Below the pieces are notes generated by a model, which saw nothing but the letters and a program-made list of their open reading frames with translations, searched no databases and was not told the DNA's origin. Below are positions 1-8,435 of a stretch of DNA of 55,529 bases, piece after piece. Origin of the DNA: Halobacteriovoraceae bacterium (lineage in GTDB: Bacteria; Bdellovibrionota; Bacteriovoracia; Bacteriovoracales; Bacteriovoracaceae); the NCBI GenBank assembly GCA_040376635.1, contig JBEIQF010000001.1:1-55529 (forward strand). The letters are read 5' to 3'. A program made the position numbers and the translations under genes. Positions within the stretch are counted from its first letter, which is position 1; each line of letters begins with the position of its first letter.

Positions 1-1112
1 AACGCAGTGTTCTCGTGGAACATCTTGTTGTAACCAGCTCTGTCGTAAGCAAGGTTCATTGCCTGACGAAGTTTTTTATTCTGGAAAAGTTTTTCTTCGT
101 GGTTGAATGCGAAGTAAGTAACATCAAGCATTGGCTTCATAAGTAGACGGATGCCTTTCTCTTTGTGCTCAGGACGAAGTTCTTTATTCTCATTGATTGT
201 CTGAGGAATGTTTACGTCTTTAACTTCAAGAAGATCATCTTTAGCTTTCTGGAACGATAACCATTTCGGCTGAGACTCAACGATGATGTGGACATTGATC
301 TTATCAACAAGTGGAAGTTTCTTACCGGCATCAGCAAGAAGGCCTAGCTTGTCATCACCCTCTTCACCTTCAGAAGGATAAAACTTCTCGCGGAATTTCG
401 GGTTACGAACATAAGTGATCATCGAAGTTTGTTCAAACTTAGGAAGAATGAATGCGCCTGTTCCAACTGGATAGTTAAGGAACTCTTTCCCGTGATGTTC
501 AACAGCTTCTTTAGCAACGATGAAAGTGTATGGCATCGCGAGAGCATAGAGGAACTGAGGGAATGGTTTTTTTAGTTTGAACTGAATTGTGTAATCGTCG
601 ATCTTTTTAAGACCTTCAATTTCTTCAGTGTAGTTTGCAGCTTCAGCTGTAGAGTATTTTGTTCTCCACTCGTTAAGACCTGCAAGACGATCATCAATGA
701 CCCACCAGCCTTTAGCGTTGAGTTTTGGATCAGCAAGACGCTTCAATGAATAAAGTACGTCATCAGCTTTTAGCTCACGACCTTTGCCTTCAGGAAATGC
801 AGCACTGTCGTGAAACAGAACGCCTTTGCGAAGTTTGATTGTATAAGTAAGACCATCAGCACTTACTGTCGGAAGAGATTCAGCAAGGTTTGGCATAAGC
901 TCATAAGGACGCTTAAGCGGATGGAATTCGAAAAGACCTTCATAAACTTTTCCGCACTCGTTACCAGAGTAACGGTCAGAAGCATTGATCGGATCGAAGC
1001 CTGAAATTTTCTCCGGAGAGATGAGATTGATTTCTCTCTCGTCGAAGTTATTCTGCTTACTACATCCGAAGATGAGCAAAGCTGCACTCACTAGCAAAAC
1101 CAAACTCTTCAT
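1..1112 (-). CDS. ABC transporter substrate-binding lipoprotein, family 5 (OppA/DppA-like); 3' end runs off the window
   Basis: Not in ORF track; manual translation from ATG at 1112 (GGAG SD upstream): MKSLVLLVSAALLIFGC (lipobox) ...GFDPINASD...VYEGL...LMPNLAESLPTVSADGLTYTIKLRKGVLFHD, typical SBP_bac_5 N-terminus. Confidence 0.9.
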   Translation of the reverse strand, partial: MKSLVLLVSAALLIFGCSKQNNFDEREINLISPEKISGFDPINASDRYSGNECGKVYEGLFEFHPLKRPYELMPNLAESLPTVSADGLTYTIKLRKGVLFHDSAAFPEGKGRELKADDVLYSLKRLADPKLNAKGWWVIDDRLAGLNEWRTKYSTAEAANYTEEIEGLKKIDDYTIQFKLKKPFPQFLYALAMPYTFIVAKEAVEHHGKEFLNYPVGTGAFILPKFEQTSMITYVRNPKFREKFYPSEGEEGDDKLGLLADAGKKLPLVDKINVHIIVESQPKWLSFQKAKDDLLEVKDVNIPQTINENKELRPEHKEKGIRLLMKPMLDVTYFAFNHEEKLFQNKKLRQAMNLAYDRAGYNKMFHENTA

Positions 1113-1227
1113 GTACTGCTCCTGAAAATTAAATAGAAATATTGTAAGCTATTAGTCCGACATTAATCACTATAAAAACAATGCGTTCCTGACAAGAGGT
1201 GCAATTTGCTACCAAATTAGTCTGGGA

Positions 1228-1896
1228 TTAGTTTTTCCAGAAAAGTTCGAGTGAGAAACTCGAGGTCTTTTTGAACATTTCTTTTTCATTTGAGTATAAG
1301 CGAATGTCGGTTTGCTCGAAGAAAGAATCAGTAAGATTTTTTGCTACAAGCTGTATCCGATTTTGCGGACCGAGTGATTTATTGATGTTGAGTTCTTTTT
1401 CTGTGACCTCAATCTCGAACTTTTCGCCATCAAGATGACAAATAAATTCCATTTGCTGCGCCTTGCAATCGCGGACAAGGCCCAATTTTTTGGCAAGGCC
1501 GAAACGGATGAGTGAGCGCAATTCTTTCAAAAATTGTTGTGATGTGAGTTTTTCGTTAAGTTTCAGACGTTGAAATTCTTTCTCGATTCTCTCTTCGAAT
1601 GACTCTGTTTCTTCATCCGCAATTTGACTCTTACGAAGATCTGGGAGAATCATCACTTCTTCACCATGAAGAGGAATGGCCACAGCAAGAATCCAGTCGA
1701 ACGAGTCTTCTTCTTTAAGCACACTGTCTACACTGAAAACATATTGGCTTTGACCGAGAGTGAGCCTACCTCTGCCTTCTCCCGTCATTTTGACTGACTC
1801 GAGAAGTTTTTCAGTATCTGTTGATTTTAAGGAAGGGCCTGTTTTGAACAATGAACAGGAAGAGACAAAAAATAAAAGGGCCATGATTTTAAGCAT
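1228..1896 (-). CDS. Hypothetical lipoprotein (possibly LolB-like)
   Basis: 222-aa ORF, signal peptide with lipobox-like VSSC; directly downstream of TPR lipoprotein gene. Confidence 0.7.
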   Translation of the reverse strand: MLKIMALLFFVSSCSLFKTGPSLKSTDTEKLLESVKMTGEGRGRLTLGQSQYVFSVDSVLKEEDSFDWILAVAIPLHGEEVMILPDLRKSQIADEETESFEERIEKEFQRLKLNEKLTSQQFLKELRSLIRFGLAKKLGLVRDCKAQQMEFICHLDGEKFEIEVTEKELNINKSLGPQNRIQLVAKNLTDSFFEQTDIRLYSNEKEMFKKTSSFSLELFWKN

Positions 1897-1941
1897 GACC
1901 CCATGATGAGATTGTTTTTATTGAAACGCAAGGGACAAGTG

Positions 1942-3798
1942 CTAATTCCCCGATGCAGGAACACGGTCGTTATCGAGTTCATCGATCTGAGATAAAATCT
2001 CCTGGCGATCAGACTGATAGCGCACGTGCTTCAAGGCCGACTCTAAAAATCCTTTTGCACGGGAGAAATCTTTCATTTCCTTATGCACGATCGCAAGATG
2101 CTTAAGGATCTCGATATCGTCAGGAACTTTTTTAAGAGCTAGCTGAAGTTCAGACAGGGCCTTCGCCATGTCACCTTTCTTGAAGTAATACCAGCCGAGA
2201 GAATCACGGATGTATCCATCTTCAGGATTAATCTTAAGAGCAGTCTGGATATATTCGAAGGCCTTATCCATTTCTTCACCACGAACCAAAAGTGAGTAAC
2301 CAAGGAAGTTCCACGCATGAGCGTTTTTTGGCTCTTTCTCAAGGATTGTCATAATAAGTGCAGTTGATTCAGCGAATTTCTTTTCTTTCTCATAGAGATT
2401 GGCGAGGTAATACTTGTGCTGAGTCGAGAAGCTCTTCTCGTCCTGAACAACCATCATTGTTTCCATCGCGTCTTTATATTGAGAAACACCTTCATAAAAA
2501 CCGGACTTGATAACACTGAACTCTACTCTCATGTCTTTAAACTCAGAGATTTTATCGTTCACATGCTTAAGGAATTTTCCTTTCCACGGACCCTCTTCCT
2601 TAGACAGAACTTCAACTTGAGCAAGTGTAGAGAGCATGTTCGCCATCTGCACTGAGCTATCTGTATAGAGTCCGCTAGTCGCAGGGATCTGGTTAAAATA
2701 TTCAATCGAAGCCTGATACTCATTCATTTCCTGGTGAATTGCACCAAGGTAATAAAGAATTTTGTCTGATGACGGTGCAGCAGCAAGAAGGTCTTTAAAA
2801 ACTGAGATCGCTTCAGGGTATTGCTTGGCATCTGTATAAAGGATCCCAAGTTTCACTTTGAGATTAAGGTTATCAGGCTCAATGTCTGAAAGACGTTCTG
2901 CATACGGAATAACTTCTGCAAAACGCTCTTTAAGGAAAAGAGTCTGCACAATTCTCGTAAGGATCGTTGCATCGTTTGGCTGACCAGAAAGAAACTTCTG
3001 GTAAATTTTGATCGCTGCTTCGTGCTGTTCTCTTTCTTCCAGAAGAATTCCAAGTGCACTTACTGCCTGACCAAGACTTGGCTGACGGTTATAAGCTGAC
3101 TTGAATGACTCCATGGCCTTTGGCACCTGGCCCATATCAAGTTGGATTTTTCCGATATAGTAGTCATACATGCCATTCTTTTTATCTTTGGCAGAGCAAG
3201 ATTTCAGCTGAGCGATTGCCTGGTTAGTTTCTTTTGACATGGCCATCGACTTACCGAGGAAAATACAGGCGTCTTCATTCGTAGGATTCTTTGCGAGGAT
3301 CTGCTTGTAAATTTTACGCGCGTTCTCTTCTTTATCCACACCTGTATAGACGCCGGCCAGGATCAAACCCACCTTTTCGTCTTTAGATTTGCTATAGAGT
3401 TTTTCTAAAACAACCATCGAACTTTCAAGATCACCAGTTCTGATCAAAGCAATCGCGAATTTCTTTTGAAGAAACTCATCATCGGGAACAAGAGTCACAA
3501 GATGCTTGAAAAGAACAGAAGCAGTTTCGTAGTCACCTTCGAGAAGTGACATATTTCCTTTGAGGAAAAGATCAGTGGCTAAATAATTTACTGTTGATTG
3601 ATTCGCCTTCGCCTGAATCACCATTTCTTCGAGTCTCTTCGAAGCAATCACAAGAGCATCACGATTCAATTCTTCTAATTGTTCAGGAGTGAAATCTGCG
3701 AGTGTAGGTTTTCGACTATTTTGTTGAGTAGCACACCCAACGAGCATGAGAGATGAGAGTAGTACTGGAATAAAAGTGGAAGCAAATTTCATATACAT
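1942..3798 (-). CDS. Tetratricopeptide repeat lipoprotein
   Basis: 618 aa, lipobox LVGC, many TPR-like helical repeats; C-terminal NAHAWNFLGYSL...ALKINPEDGYIRDSLGWYYFKKG typical of large periplasmic TPR proteins. Confidence 0.9.
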   Translation of the reverse strand: MYMKFASTFIPVLLSSLMLVGCATQQNSRKPTLADFTPEQLEELNRDALVIASKRLEEMVIQAKANQSTVNYLATDLFLKGNMSLLEGDYETASVLFKHLVTLVPDDEFLQKKFAIALIRTGDLESSMVVLEKLYSKSKDEKVGLILAGVYTGVDKEENARKIYKQILAKNPTNEDACIFLGKSMAMSKETNQAIAQLKSCSAKDKKNGMYDYYIGKIQLDMGQVPKAMESFKSAYNRQPSLGQAVSALGILLEEREQHEAAIKIYQKFLSGQPNDATILTRIVQTLFLKERFAEVIPYAERLSDIEPDNLNLKVKLGILYTDAKQYPEAISVFKDLLAAAPSSDKILYYLGAIHQEMNEYQASIEYFNQIPATSGLYTDSSVQMANMLSTLAQVEVLSKEEGPWKGKFLKHVNDKISEFKDMRVEFSVIKSGFYEGVSQYKDAMETMMVVQDEKSFSTQHKYYLANLYEKEKKFAESTALIMTILEKEPKNAHAWNFLGYSLLVRGEEMDKAFEYIQTALKINPEDGYIRDSLGWYYFKKGDMAKALSELQLALKKVPDDIEILKHLAIVHKEMKDFSRAKGFLESALKHVRYQSDRQEILSQIDELDNDRVPASGN

Positions 3799-3843
3799 CC
3801 TGGGCTTTCAGAGCGGTCACTCAATCGACCCCTCTCCCTTCTT

Positions 3844-3870
3844 TTATCGGTCGATAAAAGTGGATTCTTA
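3844..3870 (-). promoter_or_regulatory. Putative sigma28 (FliA) promoter for the TPR gene
   Basis: Minus strand TAAG-N15-ACCGATAA versus consensus TAAA-N15-GCCGATAA; about 45 bp upstream of the start at 3798. Confidence 0.55.
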
Positions 3871-4021
3871 GAAATGACTTTTTTTAACGCAAGACAAACA
3901 GGGGCCCATTTTTGGGCCATAACTGCCTGTTTTTCATAATGTAACCTTTACTTGGTAAGGAAAAATTTACCCCTTTTAGTGATTTTTTTTTCATCTTTAG
4001 GATTATTTATGACCATCTGGG

Positions 4022-4050
4022 TTGACATGATTAGTGTGGCATCGTAAAAC
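4022..4050 (+). promoter_or_regulatory. Putative sigma70 promoter for the phaR-like operon
   Basis: TTGACA-N17-TAAAAC, about 140 bp upstream of ATG 4190. Confidence 0.55.
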
Positions 4051-4189
4051 CGCCCTCGATTCGAAAGCGATAGCGCGCAAAAACAAGATTCTTTGAGTGC
4101 GCTGCCTCTTTTTAAACAAATTAAAACTATTAACGAATGTACCTTTGAAATGATTTTAAAAGGGTATAACCACAAATTAGGGGAACAAA

Positions 4190-4582
4190 ATGAAAGACGT
4201 ACGTATCATCAAGCGTTACCAGAACCGCAAGCTCTACGACACTTTCCAAAGCTGCTATGTAACTCTCGAAGAGATCGCTCAGATCATCCGCGAAGGTCAC
4301 GAAATCCAGGTTATCGACAACAAGTCTAAGAACGACATCACTTATATGACTCAGATCCAGCTTCTTTTCGATCAAGAGCGTAAGTCTCTTAAGCCAGGTA
4401 ACACTGAACTTCTTAAGCGCGTAATCCGTTCTGAAGAAGGCACTCTTACTGGTTACATCGGTGCTCTAGAAGGTAAGCTAAACCTTACTTTCGATATGCC
4501 AGCAGCTGTTGTTTCAACAGATATGCCAGCTTTCGTAACTGGTCTTAACTCTTCTATGGAAAACTCTGCTACTTTGAACTAA
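4190..4582 (+). CDS. PhaR-like polyhydroxyalkanoate synthesis regulator DNA-binding domain protein
   Basis: IIKRYQNRKLYDT..SCYVTLEEIAQIIREG.EIQVIDNKS..DIT matches the PHB_acc_N/PhaR signature. Confidence 0.85.
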   Translation: MKDVRIIKRYQNRKLYDTFQSCYVTLEEIAQIIREGHEIQVIDNKSKNDITYMTQIQLLFDQERKSLKPGNTELLKRVIRSEEGTLTGYIGALEGKLNLTFDMPAAVVSTDMPAFVTGLNSSMENSATLN

Positions 4583-4591
4583 TCTTAGTTC

Positions 4592-5320
4592 ATGAGTAAA
4601 AAAAATTCTGTAATGCTCATGGCCGCTTTTGCGGCCATGTGTTTTTTAAGCCCTTCTATTTCTCTAGCCCAGGGAACGACAACGCCTAAAGCGTTCAGTC
4701 CCAAAATCAAAACACCAAACACAGCAAGTGAACTCTCGACGAAAGAAGAGAAGAAAGTTTCTGTGGAAGATGTTGAAGAGCGTGATGCGAATCCCCTTCC
4801 CATCAACGGTGGCGCACCAAGAAGACTCCAGCAGCACGGTCTGGGTTTCGGTCTTGGTCAAACATTCCTTCTCGGAAATTATTCAAAGCACGGCAATGAC
4901 AAGATCACTGTTGATGTATTGTATTCGTATGCGGCCAGCTACTCGTTTGATCTTCTCGTAAATGCTCACATGTCTGAGCATAAAGATGAGAGTGAAAAGA
5001 TGAGACTTCTTGGACTCACCAGTTCAATTAAAGGCCGCTTTGTTGAGTATGATAATCTTTCGCCATTCTTCCTGGGTGGTCTTGGATTTTATGCTCCTCA
5101 GGCGAGACGCAGTAAGAGCGGTGGCGGCACGAAGTGGACTGATCAGAAAGTTACTTTTGGTTTAAATTTTGGTGGCGGTGTTGATCTTCGTCTGAATGAA
5201 CATTATGTTGTTGGTGTTATGGGACAAATGCACTGGCCGTTCAAATTACAGCAAGAAAATCAGTCGGACCTTAAAGGTTACTACTTCAAACTTCTCATCA
5301 CGGGAATGTACCTCTTCTGA
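4592..5320 (+). CDS. Outer membrane beta-barrel protein
   Basis: Signal peptide; alternating amphipathic strands (SPFFLGGLGFY, FGLNFGGGVD); C-terminal GMYLF aromatic beta-signal. Confidence 0.8.
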   Translation: MSKKNSVMLMAAFAAMCFLSPSISLAQGTTTPKAFSPKIKTPNTASELSTKEEKKVSVEDVEERDANPLPINGGAPRRLQQHGLGFGLGQTFLLGNYSKHGNDKITVDVLYSYAASYSFDLLVNAHMSEHKDESEKMRLLGLTSSIKGRFVEYDNLSPFFLGGLGFYAPQARRSKSGGGTKWTDQKVTFGLNFGGGVDLRLNEHYVVGVMGQMHWPFKLQQENQSDLKGYYFKLLITGMYLF

Positions 5321-6138
5321 TGAACCAATCACCACGTCGTCTCTACATCTTTACAGGTAAAGGCGGCGTGGGAAAAACCACTCTCGCAAAAGCATTTGTT
5401 CGATACTTAGTTGAACACGATCACGAAGCAGTCTATCTCACTTTCCAGAACTCATCTCTTGGCGACAATCACATCGGAAATACTGAAAAAACAGTCAATG
5501 GGATCAAAGAGATTTCTCTCGATCTCGAAGAGTCTGCGCGTGGTTATATCGAACGAAGATTAAGTTCTAAAATGATCTCAACCTGGATTGTGAAGACGCC
5601 TTTTTTCAGAGCGTTGATCAACATGACTCCAGGATTTAATTATCTTATTTTCCTCGGAAAAATGCTCCAGATGGGAGTGGATAATCCGCGCCTCATCGTC
5701 GTTCTTGATGCTCCGGCCTCTGGTCACGCTCTCACGATGGTTGAAAGTACGACAAATTTTCAGCAAATTTTTGAATCAGGTGTCATCTTTGAAGACACAA
5801 TGAAAATGCTCGGCCGTCTGAATGATCCGAATTACACAAAAATCCACGTCGTAAGTTTACCTAGCCTCATGTCATGGCAGGAAGCAGTCGAGTTAAAAGC
5901 AGGACTGCGTGAGCGCACCCCTGTGAATGTCGATATTACGGTGAATAATTGCCTTTATCCGCTCTTGGAGAATGATCTCGATCAATTGCCTCAGGGGCTT
6001 CGGGAAAAGGCATTAAACGAAAAACAACTCGTTGAAGAAAACCAATCTGAGATGCAATGCATTCTGCCACACTCTCTCAATAAGAACTCGCTCGACATTG
6101 AGTCGGATTTAGTTGGGTCTCTCTCAAAACTCATATAG
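5320..6138 (+). CDS. ArsA/Get3-family ATPase, subunit 1
   Basis: Deviant Walker A GKGGVGKTT, switch II DAPASGH; TGATG overlap with upstream gene. Confidence 0.85.
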   Translation: MNQSPRRLYIFTGKGGVGKTTLAKAFVRYLVEHDHEAVYLTFQNSSLGDNHIGNTEKTVNGIKEISLDLEESARGYIERRLSSKMISTWIVKTPFFRALINMTPGFNYLIFLGKMLQMGVDNPRLIVVLDAPASGHALTMVESTTNFQQIFESGVIFEDTMKMLGRLNDPNYTKIHVVSLPSLMSWQEAVELKAGLRERTPVNVDITVNNCLYPLLENDLDQLPQGLREKALNEKQLVEENQSEMQCILPHSLNKNSLDIESDLVGSLSKLI

Positions 6139-6159
6139 AATAGTCGTCACACTCAAAGG

Positions 6160-7212
6160 ATGACTGTGACTCTTTCTACCAAATCATTCGAGATTTTTTG
6201 CGGTACGGGCGGTGTAGGTAAAACTACGCTGGCGACGGCGCGCGCTTTAAGTCTTGCGAGAACTGGAAAGAGAGTTCTTCTTGTCACGATCGATCCTGCC
6301 AAACGTCTGAAAGATTTATTGAAACTAAGTGGTGATTCAGTCGGTGAAGTAACGGAAGTTGAACTATCCGGAACAAAACTTCATGCCCTCCTCATGTCTC
6401 CTGAGAAAACTATTCGCAGGATGGCAGCAAAAAACAATACTCCAGACCTTGCGGAAAACAGAATCGTGCAGATCTTATCGAAACCATATGGCGGGATGAA
6501 TGAAATCCTTTCGATGGTTGAGGTCCAGATGCAGTTTGATTCAGGCAATTACGATGTCGTGGTACTCGATACCCCACCAGGCGCGCATTTCCTGGACTTC
6601 CTTGAATCACTTTCAAAAATCAGAAATTTCTTTGATCAGAACTTTGTTGAGATCTTTACATACCTCGGACAGAAGACTGCGAAGGCCGGTAAAAAAGTTT
6701 TCGGTCTTGGTTTTATCAATCGCATTGTATCAGGCGGAGTGAGAAAACTTCTGAGTTATCTTCAGGCCGTGACTGGTGCTCAGTTCATTGATGATTTTAT
6801 TCAGGCCGTGCAGGTCATTTATCAATCGAAAGATGCTTTCCTGAAAGGTCTCTCACTTCAGGACAGACTCAAATCGCGAGAAGCGTGTAACTGGTTTTTA
6901 GTAACAAGTGTTGAGCAGGGCAAAGCTCAGGAAGCGATAGAGATTCGTTCACACGCAAGTCACTTCATTCACCAGGATCACTTTCTCGTTCTGAATAAAT
7001 GCCTTGAGCAGGAGCTTGTCGGTTGGAATCCAACTGGTGAGAAGCTCACAAAAATTAAAGACACTCTTGAATCAAAAGAAAGAGATTTAAAAAAACAATT
7101 GAAAGAATTATTTCCCGTAGTCCTCGAGTTCCCTGAAGTTATCAGTCTCTCTCCTACGGATCATATCCAACATTTAACGGAAAAGTGGAACTCATATGTC
7201 TTACAAAGTTAA
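6160..7212 (+). CDS. ArsA/Get3-family ATPase, subunit 2
   Basis: CGTGGVGKTT, switch I TIDPAKRL, switch II DVVVLDTPP, LVLNK. Confidence 0.88.
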   Translation: MTVTLSTKSFEIFCGTGGVGKTTLATARALSLARTGKRVLLVTIDPAKRLKDLLKLSGDSVGEVTEVELSGTKLHALLMSPEKTIRRMAAKNNTPDLAENRIVQILSKPYGGMNEILSMVEVQMQFDSGNYDVVVLDTPPGAHFLDFLESLSKIRNFFDQNFVEIFTYLGQKTAKAGKKVFGLGFINRIVSGGVRKLLSYLQAVTGAQFIDDFIQAVQVIYQSKDAFLKGLSLQDRLKSREACNWFLVTSVEQGKAQEAIEIRSHASHFIHQDHFLVLNKCLEQELVGWNPTGEKLTKIKDTLESKERDLKKQLKELFPVVLEFPEVISLSPTDHIQHLTEKWNSYVLQS

Positions 7213-8431
7213 TACGAAACAGGAAATCGAGCAGTTCATCTGCCATAACTGGAATGCAGTCAACAAATGGATCGACGACACTCAGAAAGAAGTTTGCCAG
7301 CCTCTCACATCAAGCGTTGATGTTCGTGAAAGCAAAACAAAGTATGCTCCAGTCGATCACAATATGTATCCCGCAGGATTTAACAATCTCTGTAACAAAG
7401 ATCTATTAAACTGCGCTGATCATTTCAAAGAGCGTTTTGAAAAAGTAAAACCAGGTCTTAAACGTGTGGGAATTCTTCCAGAATCTCACACAAAGAATAA
7501 GTATTACCTTGATCACCTCTATAAATTAAAAACGACAATCGAGATGGCAGAAACAGAAGTCACTCTGTTCTCTCCTGATCCGAATCTTTTTGCCGAAGTT
7601 CAGGGCAATGTTGCTGAACTCGAATCTTTTTCAGGACACAAACTGCAGATTCACAGAGCTCAGGTTCAGGACGGACAGTTCATCTCTTTTGATCCTTCGA
7701 TCAAATTTGAATTTGAAATCATTGTCTTGAATAACGATCAGTCTGTTCCGCTTGATATCAACTGGAAAGACATCAAAACTCCGGTTCATCCTTCGGCCTA
7801 CGCCGGATGGTATAAGCGTCAGAAGATTCATCACTTCAAACACTATCGTGATGTTGCCAATAAATTTGCGGCTCACTTCAACATCAATCCTGATCTTATT
7901 CAGGCGCACTTCTCTCAGGTAGAGAATGTGGACTTCAATACGAAAGAAGGTCTTGATGAGCTTGGAAACGAAGTAGATAAACTTTTAGCAACGTTGAATC
8001 CTGGTTCTTCAGTTTTTGTGAAAGCTTCACAAGGAACTTACGGTATGGGGATTTCTGTTGTTTCGAGTGGTGAAGAAATCAAATCCATGAACCGTAAAGT
8101 CCGTAACAAAATGGACGTTGGAAAAAACAACCTCAAGTTCACGTCAGTGATCATTCAGGAAGGCGTCGAGACGATCGTTAAATATGACGACGCTCCGGCC
8201 GAAGTAACGATTTATCTCGTGAATGGAAGAAGCTCAGGTGGCTTCATGAGAACAAACCCTTTGAAAGGCACTCAGGCCAACCTGAATGCTCAAGGGATGA
8301 TCTATCAGAAACTTTGCCTATCAGATGTAAAACAAGATTGTGACCATACTATTAAAGAAGCTGTTTATTCGGTGATCGCTCGACTCTCAGTCCTTGCCGC
8401 ATCATATGAAATGAAAGAGTTAATGGAGTAA
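7196..8431 (+). CDS. gshA: Glutamate--cysteine ligase (ATP-grasp-type GshA)
   Basis: SVDVRE..K.APVDHNMYPAGFNNL, PESHTKN.YY, VKASQGTYGMGI, R.KM...K, IIQEGV.T, GGF.R, NLNA.GM motifs of the betaproteobacterial-type GshA family. Confidence 0.85.
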   Translation: MSYKVNTKQEIEQFICHNWNAVNKWIDDTQKEVCQPLTSSVDVRESKTKYAPVDHNMYPAGFNNLCNKDLLNCADHFKERFEKVKPGLKRVGILPESHTKNKYYLDHLYKLKTTIEMAETEVTLFSPDPNLFAEVQGNVAELESFSGHKLQIHRAQVQDGQFISFDPSIKFEFEIIVLNNDQSVPLDINWKDIKTPVHPSAYAGWYKRQKIHHFKHYRDVANKFAAHFNINPDLIQAHFSQVENVDFNTKEGLDELGNEVDKLLATLNPGSSVFVKASQGTYGMGISVVSSGEEIKSMNRKVRNKMDVGKNNLKFTSVIIQEGVETIVKYDDAPAEVTIYLVNGRSSGGFMRTNPLKGTQANLNAQGMIYQKLCLSDVKQDCDHTIKEAVYSVIARLSVLAASYEMKELME

Positions 8432-8435
8432 AAAG

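Noticed and set aside
4043-4106. c-di-GMP-I (GEMM) riboswitch-like words GTAAAACC...CGAAAG...CGCAAAA upstream of phaR
   Set aside because: Spacing and pairing do not fit, there is no second stem with a tetraloop receptor, and the 5' part coincides with the predicted -10 box; an Infernal RF01051 search would settle it
5320-7212. Arsenic resistance (arsA) locus
   Set aside because: No arsB/acr3, arsC, arsD or arsR nearby, and the motif pattern fits the paired Get3-like clade
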